This document shows, in pieces, positions 9,828-19,363 of a DNA stretch of 64,000 nt. The stretch covers positions 689 to 64,688 of the forward strand of contig CAMBFR010000009.1 of assembly GCA_945865815.1 (NCBI GenBank), given 5' to 3'. The translations under genes were made by a program, and so were the position numbers. The notes beneath the pieces were generated by a model that saw only the letters and a program-made list of their open reading frames with translations, did not search any database and was not told the DNA's origin. Source of the stretch: Candidatus Sulfopaludibacter sp. SbA3. GTDB lineage: Bacteria; Acidobacteriota; Terriglobia; 20CM-2-55-15. Numbering within the stretch: position 1 is the stretch's first letter; each line of letters starts with the position of its first letter.

Positions 9828-11075
9828 ATGCCAGTAACGAAATTCACAAAATGGGTGGGGTCGCCGCTGGACGGCTTGAGCATGGAGGAATTGCTCGACC
9901 AGATTTCCGAGTTCCTTCTGCAGAGCGGATTCAACCATGGCTACTTCGACGACGGCAATCCACACAACATCGACGCGCTTCGCCAGGCGATCATCGAGAA
10001 GCTGGCGGAGATGGGACGGATTCCACAGAGCCTGCTCGAACAATGGCTGAACGATCCCACAGAAGGCGACGCGCAGAAACTCAACGAGCTTATCGACCAG
10101 GCCATCCGCCGTCTGATCGAGGAAGGCTGGATACAGGCGAGCCAATCGCAGGAAGGCCCCTCCGCCTTCGATGAGAACGGCGAAGGTTACGAAGACGACC
10201 CCGCGGGTTCGGCGCGATTCGAGCTTACGGACAAATCAATCGACTTCCTCGGATTCCGCCTGTTACGCCACCTGCTCGGCTCGCTCGGGCGGAGCAGTTT
10301 CGGCCGGCACGAAACCGCGCACTTCGCCACGGGTGTGGAAGCCTACCAGCAGCCGAAGGATTACGAGTTCGGCGACACGCTGAACCTCGACATCAGCTCG
10401 ACGCTGCTGCACGCGGTGGCGCGCGAAGGCCTGGGAACGCCGATCAACCTCGAGTACTCGGACCTGAAGGTCCGGCAGGCGGAATACGAGAGCTCGTGCT
10501 CGACGGTGCTTCTGCTCGATACGAGTCACAGCATGATCCTGTATGGCGAGGATCGATTCACGCCGGCCAAGCGCGTGGCGCTCGCGCTGTCTCACCTGAT
10601 CCGCACGCAGTATCCCGGAGATTCGCTGCGCCTCGTCCTGTTTCACGACTCCGCCGAGGAGGTGCCGCTGAAGGAACTCGCGCGCGTGGTGGTGGGTCCC
10701 TATCACACGAATACGTGCGAAGGCCTGCGGCTGGCTCGACGTTTATTGATGGCCGACAAGAAGGACATGCGGCAGATCATCATGATCACGGACGGCAAGC
10801 CGTCGGCGATCACTCTGCCGAATGGAAGGATCTACAAGAACGCGTTCGGTCTCGATCCGATGATCCTGGAAGAAACGTACAAGGAAGTGGCGATCTGCAG
10901 GCGGTCCGGAATCCTGATCAACACATTCATGCTGGCCAGCGATCACTACCTGGTGGACTTCGTGAAGCGTGTCACCGAAATATGCCGCGGCAAGGCATAC
11001 TTCACGACTACTGTGAATCTTGGGCAATACATCCTGATGGATTACCTGAAGAAGAAAGTGGAGACCATTCATTAG
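9828..11075 (+). CDS. vWA domain protein (BchD/CoxE-like, MIDAS-containing)
   Basis: Acidic linker (DENGEGYEDD) followed by a vWA fold with the DTSHSM (DxSxS) MIDAS motif and MITDGKPS. Starts 4 nt after the upstream stop. Confidence 0.8.
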   Translation: MPVTKFTKWVGSPLDGLSMEELLDQISEFLLQSGFNHGYFDDGNPHNIDALRQAIIEKLAEMGRIPQSLLEQWLNDPTEGDAQKLNELIDQAIRRLIEEGWIQASQSQEGPSAFDENGEGYEDDPAGSARFELTDKSIDFLGFRLLRHLLGSLGRSSFGRHETAHFATGVEAYQQPKDYEFGDTLNLDISSTLLHAVAREGLGTPINLEYSDLKVRQAEYESSCSTVLLLDTSHSMILYGEDRFTPAKRVALALSHLIRTQYPGDSLRLVLFHDSAEEVPLKELARVVVGPYHTNTCEGLRLARRLLMADKKDMRQIIMITDGKPSAITLPNGRIYKNAFGLDPMILEETYKEVAICRRSGILINTFMLASDHYLVDFVKRVTEICRGKAYFTTTVNLGQYILMDYLKKKVETIH

Positions 11076-11149
11076 GGAATTTCGAAATCGGACGAATCCT
11101 GCACCTCAAATCCGAAAGCCGAAATATCAAATTGGACTGCAGTTCTTCC

Positions 11150-11183
11150 CCCAAATAAAAAAGGCCCCGCGGTCTGCGGGGCC
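11150..11183 (-). terminator. intrinsic terminator for the minus-strand small ORF, also a weaker plus-strand terminator after the vWA gene
   Basis: Perfect 8-bp GC stem GGCCCCGC/GCGGGGCC with a 5-nt loop. On the minus strand it is followed by TTTTTTATTT; on the plus strand by TTTACTGTT. Confidence 0.6.
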
Positions 11184-11200
11184 TTTACTGTTCCGGTTTA

Positions 11201-11257
11201 CTACTTCTTTTTTTTCGCGGCCTTCTTTTTTGCCGGAGCCTTCTTCTTCGCTGCCAT
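11201..11257 (-). CDS. small ORF encoding an 18-aa Lys/Ala-rich peptide MAAKKKAPAKKKAAKKKK
   Basis: ATG preceded by GGAGGTG with a 6-nt spacer; 18 codons; TAG; then an intrinsic terminator 18 nt downstream. Not in the ORF track because it is too short. Confidence 0.5.
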   Translation of the reverse strand: MAAKKKAPAKKKAAKKKK

Positions 11258-11462
11258 GTCAATCACCTCCGATCGTTTTCTCTTTGCTACTATTGCTCAC
11301 CTCTTCCGGGTAAGCTTCGTGATGAATTATTTTTAAGTCATGTCGCATGAAAACACAAAGAGAAAATCACGATGCGTTGAATTTTTCTTCAAGCGCCTCA
11401 CGGCCCTCTCTTAGCTTTTTCTTGAAACCTGAGACAGGTCAGGTCCGTATTGAAAGGTTGAA

Positions 11463-12815
11463 ATGACTACCAGGAAGAAAGTGCTCATCGGAGTTTTCGC
11501 AATTGCAGCCTTCGGCTCGACGGCGGGTTACATGAGGTTCATGCAAAATCGCGGAGTCCTTGAAGTGCAGGCTGGACGTGCGTTTCAGCAGGACCTGATT
11601 CAGACGGTGACGGCAAACGGCGAGATCAAACCAAAGAAATCCGTGAACATCAGCTCGAACATGATGGGACGCATTGTGACGATGCCGGTGAAGGAAGGCG
11701 ACCCGGTCCGGGAAGGCGATCTTCTGATTCGACTAGAGTCCATCCAGACCGAAGCGGATGTTCGCGCGGCGGAGGCAAACCTCGAGGCGGCGCAATCCGA
11801 GCTCGAAGGAATGGATGCGTCGATACGTTCGGCGGACGCGACGATCAATTCCGCCAGGGCGGAGGTCGCCCGATCGCAGGCGGACCTGAACCGCGCGCAG
11901 CAGAACTTCACGCGCGCGGAGCAGCTGAACAGGGACGGCCTCATTTCGAAGGAACAGTACGACAGGACAAAGGCAGAGCTCGATATCGCGGTCGCGCAGA
12001 TGAACGCCAACCGCGCGCGCGTGGCCCAGAGCGAAGCGCAGGCGGCGCAGGTGCTGAAGCAGAAGGAGGGCGTGGGGCTGCGCATTACGCAGCAACGCTC
12101 GTCGCTGGTCCGCGCGCGGGACCAGTTCAGCAAGACCACGATCGTGTCGCCGCTTGAAGGCGTTATCACGTACCTGCCGGTGAACGTCGGCGAGATTGCC
12201 ATCGTCGGCGTCCAGAATCAGCCCGGCACGGTCCTGATGACGATCGCCGACATGTCGGTGATCACCGCCGAAGTGAAGGTGGATGAGACCGACATCGTGA
12301 ATGTGAAGGTGGGGCAGGAAGCGGAGATTCGCGTGGACGCTCTCGGCGATCGGGTTCTCATCGGCCACGTTTCGGAAGTCGGGAATACAGCGCTGACACG
12401 GTCGGGAACGTCCGCAACGAACACGCAGACGACAACCGACGAAGCCCGGGACTTCAAGGTCATCATCACTCTCGATAGTCCTCCCATCGAATTGAAGCCC
12501 GGTCTCTCCTGCACGGCCACCATCCGGACGGCGGAGCGCACGAGCGTTCTGACCATTCCGATCCAGGCATTGACCGTTCGCGAGTTTGAAGGCCCCGCGG
12601 GTCCTACAGGCCGCAAGATAGAGAAGGAAGGCGTCTACGTCATCAACAACGGTATTGCCCTGTTCCGTGAAGTGAAGACGGGAATCGTGGGAACAACCGA
12701 CATCGAGGTGACGGACGGTCTCATGGAGAACGAAGAGATCGTGACGGGAAGTTTTCAGATCCTGCGCACGTTAAAGGACAACGATCGCGTTCGAACCGAA
12801 AGTCCGGAACAGTGA
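11463..12815 (+). CDS. HlyD/MacA-family periplasmic adaptor (membrane fusion protein)
   Basis: N-terminal TM anchor, long coiled-coil segment, C-terminal beta-barrel domain. Confidence 0.8.
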   Translation: MTTRKKVLIGVFAIAAFGSTAGYMRFMQNRGVLEVQAGRAFQQDLIQTVTANGEIKPKKSVNISSNMMGRIVTMPVKEGDPVREGDLLIRLESIQTEADVRAAEANLEAAQSELEGMDASIRSADATINSARAEVARSQADLNRAQQNFTRAEQLNRDGLISKEQYDRTKAELDIAVAQMNANRARVAQSEAQAAQVLKQKEGVGLRITQQRSSLVRARDQFSKTTIVSPLEGVITYLPVNVGEIAIVGVQNQPGTVLMTIADMSVITAEVKVDETDIVNVKVGQEAEIRVDALGDRVLIGHVSEVGNTALTRSGTSATNTQTTTDEARDFKVIITLDSPPIELKPGLSCTATIRTAERTSVLTIPIQALTVREFEGPAGPTGRKIEKEGVYVINNGIALFREVKTGIVGTTDIEVTDGLMENEEIVTGSFQILRTLKDNDRVRTESPEQ

Positions 12816-13552
12816 CCGAGCCTGTCACCATGATCCGGACCGAGGATCTCTGGAAGACCTATGAGATGGGTTCCAGTGAAGAGAACAAGGTTCACGCGCT
12901 GCGGGGCGTGACGTTTGATATCCGGCGCAACGAGTACGTCGCGATCATGGGACCCTCGGGCTCGGGCAAGTCCACATTGATGAATCTCATCGGCTGCCTG
13001 GATACGCCGTCGCAGGGGCGCTACTGGTTGAACGGCAAGCTCGTGAGCGAAATGAAGGACGACGAGCTTGCGCATATCCGCAACAAGGAAATCGGTTTCG
13101 TCTTCCAGACTTTCAATCTGCTGCCCCGCTCCTCGGCCCTGCACAACGTGGAACTTCCGCTCGTCTACAGCGGCATTCCCGCGCGGGAGCGCATTGAGCG
13201 GGCCAAACATGCGCTCGCCCTGGTGGAGTTGTCGGACCGGATTCAGCATAAGCCGAACGAACTTTCGGGCGGCCAGCGGCAGCGCGTGGCGATTGCGCGG
13301 GCGCTCGTGAACAAGCCATCGATTATTCTGGCCGACGAACCGACCGGCAATCTCGACTCCCAGACCGGTATCGAGATCATGGCCTTGTTCGACAGGCTCC
13401 ATGCCGAAGGCAACACGATCATTCTCGTCACACACGAAAGGGATATTGCCGCGTACGCGCATCGCATCATCAGTATTCGCGACGGTAAGATTGCGGCAGA
13501 CGAGGCGGTTGACGAGAAGCTAAGGTTGCAGCGTATAGAAAGCCATTCCTAG
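12812..13552 (+). CDS. ABC transporter ATP-binding protein (MacB/LolD-type ATPase domain only)
   Basis: Walker [10 protein letters not shown], signature [15 protein letters not shown], Walker [12 protein letters not shown]. No FtsX-type permease domain is fused. GTG 12812 overlaps the adaptor stop; ATG 12830 is an alternative start. Confidence 0.85.
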   Translation: MTEPVTMIRTEDLWKTYEMGSSEENKVHALRGVTFDIRRNEYVAIMGPSGSGKSTLMNLIGCLDTPSQGRYWLNGKLVSEMKDDELAHIRNKEIGFVFQTFNLLPRSSALHNVELPLVYSGIPARERIERAKHALALVELSDRIQHKPNELSGGQRQRVAIARALVNKPSIILADEPTGNLDSQTGIEIMALFDRLHAEGNTIILVTHERDIAAYAHRIISIRDGKIAADEAVDEKLRLQRIESHS

Positions 13553-14578
13553 AATCGCGTAGACGGCGAGTAGCAGCACTCCTTCCATCCAGTTCGATTC
13601 TCCATCCAGTGCGATCAGGTTCACCACGCCGACCGAGAGCACGACCGCGGCTATTTCGAAAGTTGTGAACAGGAGATCGAGAGGCCTTCCGAACAGGTAG
13701 CTCAGGAACACGAGCACAGGCGCAACAAGGAGCGCCACCTGCAGGCTGGAGCCAACGGCGATCTGGAATGCGAGATCCATCTTGTTCTTCCGCGCGACCA
13801 AAACCGCAGTGCTATGTTCGGCGGCATTTCCAACGAGCGCGACGATGAAGACGCCGACGAAGATGTCCGACATACCGAGCCGTTCGGCCGTCTGTTCCAC
13901 GGCGCCAACGAGGAATTCGCTGAGCAGAGCGATAAAGGCCGTAGAGATTATCAGGATGACGGTGGCGACCCAGAGCGGCACGTGGCTCAGGCCCAGGGCC
14001 GCTTCGGATTCCGCGTCGCCTTCGCCGGTGTAGAGATGCTTGTGCGTGCGGAGCGCAAACACGAGGCTGAGGATGTAGGTAATGGCGAGGATGATCGAGA
14101 TCTCCAGGCTGAGCGTCCGCTCCTGCGATTCGCGTCCTGCGCCGGCCAGTTGATGAAACAGCGCGGGCATGATGAGGGCGACGGCGCTGAGCGCCAGCAG
14201 CGTACTCGAAAGCGATGCGGCGGTCCGGTTGAATTTGAGCGTGGAGTGTTTGGCGCCGCCTGCGATGAGAGACAGTCCCAGGACAAGCAGGATGTTTCCG
14301 ATAATGGAACCCGTGATCGACGCTTTCACCACCTCGTGCAGGCCGGCCCGAAGCGCAAAGATGGCGATGATCAGTTCTGCGGCATTTCCAAACGTGGCGT
14401 TCAGCAGACCCCCGATGCCGGAGCCGAGATGCTCGGCCATCCATTCGGTAGCGCGCCCCATCCAGCCGGCGAGTGGAATAATCGCGATGCCGGAGGACAG
14501 AAAAATGTACAGCGGATCGGCATGCATCAACTCGAGAACGATCGCCAGAGGAACGGCAAGAAGAAGCCAGTTCAGCAT
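13520..14578 (-). CDS. Ca2+/H+ antiporter (CaCA family, ChaA/CAX-like)
   Basis: Multi-TM protein with two alpha-repeat GNAAE(H/L) motifs. Confidence 0.8.
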   Translation of the reverse strand: MLNWLLLAVPLAIVLELMHADPLYIFLSSGIAIIPLAGWMGRATEWMAEHLGSGIGGLLNATFGNAAELIIAIFALRAGLHEVVKASITGSIIGNILLVLGLSLIAGGAKHSTLKFNRTAASLSSTLLALSAVALIMPALFHQLAGAGRESQERTLSLEISIILAITYILSLVFALRTHKHLYTGEGDAESEAALGLSHVPLWVATVILIISTAFIALLSEFLVGAVEQTAERLGMSDIFVGVFIVALVGNAAEHSTAVLVARKNKMDLAFQIAVGSSLQVALLVAPVLVFLSYLFGRPLDLLFTTFEIAAVVLSVGVVNLIALDGESNWMEGVLLLAVYAILGMAFYTLQP

Positions 14579-14579
14579 T

Positions 14580-15005
14580 TCAAGATCCTAAGGAAAGCAT
14601 ACTGACCAATTCCCGATCCGCCTCGGGAAACTGGCACTGGTTCAGTTCGGATGGAGAAACCCATCGCAGGTCGGCGACCTCGATCAACTGAGGCTCGCCC
14701 AAGAGGACTGAACAATTGAAGAAATGAAGCTGGACGGATTTCGCGGGATAGTGATGCTCGACGGTAAAGACTTCGTCGTGAACGGAAATTTCGAGTGCAA
14801 GCTCCTCCCGGATTTCCCGAACCAGGGCTTGCTGAAACGTCTCGCCTTGTTCCACCTTGCCGCCTGGAAACTCCCACAAGCCCGGCAAGTGAACGGTATC
14901 GAGGCGGCGCGTGATCAGTATCCTGCTCTCGCGGCGGATTATGGCGGCCACAACGGTGATCATCACTTCACGGCTGAGTTCTGTTCTGGCAGGTGCGTCA
15001 TTCAT
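14580..15005 (-). CDS. NUDIX hydrolase (MutT-like)
   Basis: Nudix box [24 protein letters not shown]. Start taken at the internal ATG (MNDAPAR), which has a GGAGG SD. Stop is 1 nt from the antiporter start. Confidence 0.8.
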   Translation of the reverse strand: MNDAPARTELSREVMITVVAAIIRRESRILITRRLDTVHLPGLWEFPGGKVEQGETFQQALVREIREELALEISVHDEVFTVEHHYPAKSVQLHFFNCSVLLGEPQLIEVADLRWVSPSELNQCQFPEADRELVSMLSLGS

Positions 15006-15129
15006 ACAGTGGAGGCCTCCAAGCCCGGCGCTCAAATATCTACTCCTCTTCGTGTGTAGCGGCAAAGCCCTTTTATAGCCTGCAACGAGAGATTCAGGTT
15101 TCCGATTCTGACGGTGTAGTATTGCGCTA

Positions 15130-15756
15130 ATGTACGTTCCCGAGTCATTTCGAGTCGCGGATGAAGGTGAGATCGAAGCGTTCCTGCAGCAACACGCTTT
15201 TGCAACGATCGTAAGCTCTTCCCCCGCGGGCCTTCAGGCCACACACGTGCCTGTCGCCGTAAGGCGCGATGCATCCGGCCTTGTCATCGTGGGACATATC
15301 GCGAGGGCGAACTCGCATTGGGAGACGATGGACGGCCTGGTAGAGTCCCTGGCGATCTTCCACGGACCGCACCATTATGTGTCGCCATCCTGGTATGTCG
15401 ATTCACCCGCCGTTCCCACCTGGAACTACGCGGTCGTTCACGCGCATGGGATGCCACGGGCAAGGCAGGACGGCGAGTTTATCGAGGGCGTTCTCGCCGA
15501 TCTGGTGGAACGATATGAAGGCGGACGGGCATCGCCGTGGCGCCTCGAGAATCTGCCGCCGGACTATCGCGATCGACTCGTCGCTGCGATCGTTGGTTTC
15601 GAAATCCACGTCGTTCGACTGGAAGCAAAGTTCAAACTGGGACAGAACCGTCGTTCCGCAGATCAGACTGGAACAATCGCGGGTTTGGAAGGCGAAGGTT
15701 CTCCCGAAGCAGCCACGATGGCCGAGTTCATGCGTTCGCGCCTGAACATGCGTTGA
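15130..15756 (+). CDS. paiB: FMN-binding negative transcriptional regulator, PaiB family
   Basis: 208 aa. PaiB-like sequence (HVPV...GHIARANSHW). Confidence 0.75.
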   Translation: MYVPESFRVADEGEIEAFLQQHAFATIVSSSPAGLQATHVPVAVRRDASGLVIVGHIARANSHWETMDGLVESLAIFHGPHHYVSPSWYVDSPAVPTWNYAVVHAHGMPRARQDGEFIEGVLADLVERYEGGRASPWRLENLPPDYRDRLVAAIVGFEIHVVRLEAKFKLGQNRRSADQTGTIAGLEGEGSPEAATMAEFMRSRLNMR

Positions 15757-15762
15757 ACGGCA

Positions 15763-17877
15763 GTGTCCGGTATGGAATCCACGTTCGCGAAGACACGATT
15801 AACTATGCCCAAATCCCCTATTGCTCCAAAACGGCCTCATACGATCACTCAGCATGGACAGACTCGCATTGACGACTACTTCTGGATGCGCTTTCGAGAA
15901 GATCCGGAAGTCATGGCGTATCTCGCGGCGGAAAACGTCTATCTGGACGAGGTCATGCACCATACGAAGCCGCTGCAGGATCAGCTTTTCCATGAAATGA
16001 AGGCCCGCATTAAGGAAGATGACACGTCTGCACCGGAGCGGCGTGGCGATTACTTCTACTACACACGCACGGAAGCCGGACGCCAGTATCGCGTCTTCTG
16101 CCGCAAGCGTGGCTCATTGGAGGCGCCGGAAGAAATCCTGCTGGACCAGAATACGCTCGGCGAGGGTAAGGGCTTCTGCCGCGTGGGAGTGTTTGCGGCC
16201 AGCCCCGATCACCGGAAGCTGGCGTACTCCGTGGACTTTGACGGGTCGGAGAAGTGCACCATCTATATTAAGGACCTGGCTGGTGGAAGCCTCTACCCTG
16301 AAACGATTCCCAATACCTTCAGTGACCTCTTTACTAACCGCGGCGTCGCATGGGCGAATGACAGCCAAACACTCTTCTATGTGACGCTCGACGACCTGCT
16401 GCGTCCCTTCAAGGTTTACCGTCATGTTCTCGGGACAGATCCGGCGAGCGACGGCATGCTCTACCATGAAGCGGACGAAACCTTCTGGCTATCCCTCTAC
16501 AAGTCACGCACGCAGGCGTACATCACTCTCCTCTCTCACTCGACGTTGACCACGGAGTGGCGGACGCTGGACGCCAATCAGCCAGACGCGGAATTTCAAG
16601 TATTTGCGCCGAGGCGCCGAGGCGTCGAGTACAGCATCGAGCACCACGGGCAACGTTTTTACGTTGTCACGAACGAGAATGCGACCAACTTCAAGCTTAT
16701 GGAGACGCCCGTGCAGGCCACGTCTCCGGAAAACTGGCGCGAAGTCGTTCCGCACCGCGCGGACGTTTTCGTTGAAAGCGCGGCTGCATTTCAGGACCAC
16801 CTTGTGTTGTTTGAGCGCCGGGATGGACTGAAGCAGGTTCGCGTGTCGGCGTCCGATGGGAGGACCGGCGCGCATTACGTTCCTTTTCCGGATCCCGTTT
16901 ATGACGTTCGTCCCGAGGAGAATCCGGAATTCAAGACAAATATCGTGCGCTTAACCTACTCCTCGCTGATTTCGCCAAACTCCGTAATCGATTTCCATAT
17001 GGAGACAAGCGAGTGGGAACTCAAGAAGCGGCAGGAAATCCCCAGCGGGTATGATCCGTCTGCTTATGTCACGGAGCGGTTGCATGCCACGGCGGCTGAC
17101 GGGACGAAGGTACCGATATCGCTCGTTTACAGGAAGGGTCTCCTGAGAGATGGCCGGAATCCGGCGCTGCTCTATGGCTACGGATCATATGGCCTCAGCA
17201 TGGACGCCAGTTTCAGCAGCCATCGCTTCAGCCTTGTCGATCGTGGGTTCGTGTTTGCCATCGCTCATATTCGAGGCGGATCGGAACTCGGACGGCCCTG
17301 GTATGACAATGGCAAGATGCTGAACAAGCGCAACACGTTCACGGATTTCATCGCGAGCGCGGAGTATCTGATCTCCCAGGGTTACACGTCACAAGACAAG
17401 CTGGCCATCATGGGCGGATCGGCTGGTGGCCTCCTGGTGGGCGCGTGCCTGGCGATGCGGCCGGACCTGTTCAAAGCGGTCGTTGCCAAGGTGCCGTTCG
17501 TGGATGTGATCAACACGATGAGCGATGCTTCGATTCCATTGACGACGGGAGAATACGACGAGTGGGGCAATCCGGCCGACAAGACGTACTTCGATTACAT
17601 CGCATCCTATTCGCCTTATGACAACGTCCGCGCCACGAGCTATCCGGATATTCTGCTGACGACGGGCCTGAATGATCCGCGCGTGGCCTACTGGGAACCT
17701 GCGAAGTTCGCGGCCAAGCTGCGCGCCGTTAAGACGGATGGCGACCTCCTGTTGCTTAAAACCAACATGGAAGCCGGTCACGCCGGCGCTTCGGGCCGCT
17801 ATGACTACCTGAAGGAAGTTGCGTTTGATTACGCCTTCCTGATCGAACGATTGATTCCACAAACGAAGACGGGGTGA
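15763..17877 (+). CDS. S9 family serine peptidase (oligopeptidase B / prolyl oligopeptidase-like)
   Basis: 704 aa. N-terminal beta-propeller region. GGSAGG nucleophile elbow with C-terminal catalytic Asp and His. Start codon uncertain (15763, 15772 or 15805). Confidence 0.85.
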   Translation: MSGMESTFAKTRLTMPKSPIAPKRPHTITQHGQTRIDDYFWMRFREDPEVMAYLAAENVYLDEVMHHTKPLQDQLFHEMKARIKEDDTSAPERRGDYFYYTRTEAGRQYRVFCRKRGSLEAPEEILLDQNTLGEGKGFCRVGVFAASPDHRKLAYSVDFDGSEKCTIYIKDLAGGSLYPETIPNTFSDLFTNRGVAWANDSQTLFYVTLDDLLRPFKVYRHVLGTDPASDGMLYHEADETFWLSLYKSRTQAYITLLSHSTLTTEWRTLDANQPDAEFQVFAPRRRGVEYSIEHHGQRFYVVTNENATNFKLMETPVQATSPENWREVVPHRADVFVESAAAFQDHLVLFERRDGLKQVRVSASDGRTGAHYVPFPDPVYDVRPEENPEFKTNIVRLTYSSLISPNSVIDFHMETSEWELKKRQEIPSGYDPSAYVTERLHATAADGTKVPISLVYRKGLLRDGRNPALLYGYGSYGLSMDASFSSHRFSLVDRGFVFAIAHIRGGSELGRPWYDNGKMLNKRNTFTDFIASAEYLISQGYTSQDKLAIMGGSAGGLLVGACLAMRPDLFKAVVAKVPFVDVINTMSDASIPLTTGEYDEWGNPADKTYFDYIASYSPYDNVRATSYPDILLTTGLNDPRVAYWEPAKFAAKLRAVKTDGDLLLLKTNMEAGHAGASGRYDYLKEVAFDYAFLIERLIPQTKTG

Positions 17878-17881
17878 ACTC

Positions 17882-18517
17882 ATGGAAAACCGATTACGCA
17901 CGATCGGGGCATTTCTGGCGATCCCGCTGCTCATTGCGGTGAACTGGCTGGCGTTCGGAGTGTTCAGTGAGAAGAGCTATCTCGCATGGTACCTGCAGGC
18001 CGGCACGGTGATCAGCCTGGCCACCGGCTTTCTGGGATTGATCTGGGAGAATCTTGCGGCGCGGAAGGCATTGATCTCCGCCAACCCCGCAGAGTACTTC
18101 GGTGCGTGTCTTCAGCTCACGGGCGCGTTTTGTTATTCGCTGGGCACGCATCATCGTTCGCCAAAGGAAAAGCGGATCTCACAGAACGCCAGTCTCGAAA
18201 AGGTTTGGGACGGTGGGATGATGCTGCTACTCACGATTCCTATTATCGGAATCGTAGTGATGTGGGTCATTGTCGTGGCGCCCCTCAATTATCTGGTAAC
18301 GCTGGTGAGTGGCGCGCCGGCGCGCCGCGCGTTGAACGTCCCGGTGCGGCGGGCGGTCGCGGTGGAAGACGGGCACCTGATGTCGGTGAGCGAAGGGGGC
18401 GGCGAGGCGGGCGTGCTCGGCACTCCTAACGACATCTCGTTTGGACGCAATCCGCTCGCTGTCACCCAGGCAATGAACGCCCTGGTTTTGTGGGCGCTAA
18501 GAGAGTATTGGGTTTGA
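17882..18517 (+). CDS. hypothetical integral membrane protein
   Basis: ATG 5 nt after the upstream stop. At least four predicted TM helices. No recognisable family. Confidence 0.5.
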   Translation: MENRLRTIGAFLAIPLLIAVNWLAFGVFSEKSYLAWYLQAGTVISLATGFLGLIWENLAARKALISANPAEYFGACLQLTGAFCYSLGTHHRSPKEKRISQNASLEKVWDGGMMLLLTIPIIGIVVMWVIVVAPLNYLVTLVSGAPARRALNVPVRRAVAVEDGHLMSVSEGGGEAGVLGTPNDISFGRNPLAVTQAMNALVLWALREYWV

Positions 18518-18521
18518 TCGC

Positions 18522-18992
18522 ATGACAACCAATCCAACCTTCGACGAGAAGGCAGCTCACCGTTACTTTGCTGCAGATTGTTTCAACAAGGCATGGGCGC
18601 TGATCGAAACAGAGAACCGTACCCCGGAACAAGACGAGGAGATGATCCGGCTGAATCAGGCTTCCACGTGGCACTGGACCCAGAGGGAGGATTGCACGCC
18701 ACGAAACATGTCTATCGGGTATTGGCAGGCATCGCGGATATTCGCCATCCTCGGCCGGATTGAACCGGCTCAGCGCTACGCCGAGTTGTGTCTTCAATAC
18801 AGCGAGCAGGAGCCCGAAAGGCCTTTTTTTCTGGGCTATGCGTATGAAGCGTTGGCGCGGGCGGAAAAGCTGGCGGGCAATGACAGCAAGGCCCGGGAGC
18901 ATGCCGCAAAGGCCTTGCGCCTGGCCGGCGCGGTAACGGATCCCGAGGAGCAGAAGTACTTGCTGGCTGACTTGGACGGCCTGCGGCTATAA
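18522..18992 (+). CDS. hypothetical protein
   Basis: 156-aa ORF with protein-like composition, co-directional with and 4 nt after the upstream gene. No recognisable motifs. Confidence 0.45.
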   Translation: MTTNPTFDEKAAHRYFAADCFNKAWALIETENRTPEQDEEMIRLNQASTWHWTQREDCTPRNMSIGYWQASRIFAILGRIEPAQRYAELCLQYSEQEPERPFFLGYAYEALARAEKLAGNDSKAREHAAKALRLAGAVTDPEEQKYLLADLDGLRL

Positions 18993-19035
18993 TTGCGGAA
19001 CCGCGTCTCACAGGATTCGCGGTTGTTCCACGTCC

Positions 19036-19125
19036 GGAGAGGTGCTGGAGTGGCCGAACAGGGCTGCCTGCTAAGCAGTTGCCCGGTCAAAAGCTGGGCC
19101 GGGGGTTCGAATCCCCCCCTCTCCG
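19036..19125 (+). tRNA. tRNA-Ser (anticodon GCU)
   Basis: Acceptor stem GGAGAGG/CCTCTCC. Anticodon stem GCTGC/GCAGT with loop CTGCTAA (U33, GCU, A37). Long variable arm. T-arm GGGGG-TTCGAAT-CCCCC. Discriminator G. CCA not encoded. Confidence 0.85.
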
Positions 19126-19259
19126 CTTTTCCCCACAACCCGATCTAAAATCGCACATTTCCAATCTCTTACTTCAACTGCGGATTCGTCCATTGATGAA
19201 TCTGCATTGAGGGCAAGGACACTCGACTCAGCCATAGTGCTGGATCTTGGCGGCACGCT

Positions 19260-19338
19260 GTGGGCGCGGGACTTCAGTCCCGTGCAAAGTCCCATAAAAT
19301 GTTTGATCCTGGCACGGGGCTGAAAGCCCCGCGCCCAC
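19260..19338. repeat. inverted pair of REP-like palindromic elements (about 26 nt each)
   Basis: GTGGGCGCGGGACTTCAGTCCCGTGC (19260..19285) and GCACGGGGCTGAAAGCCCCGCGCCCAC (19312..19338) are reverse complements of one repeat family. The mismatches are compensatory and preserve the internal hairpin. The same family recurs at 28546 and 32802. Confidence 0.7.
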
Positions 19339-19363
19339 AAGCAGACCGGAAACTGGTCCATCG

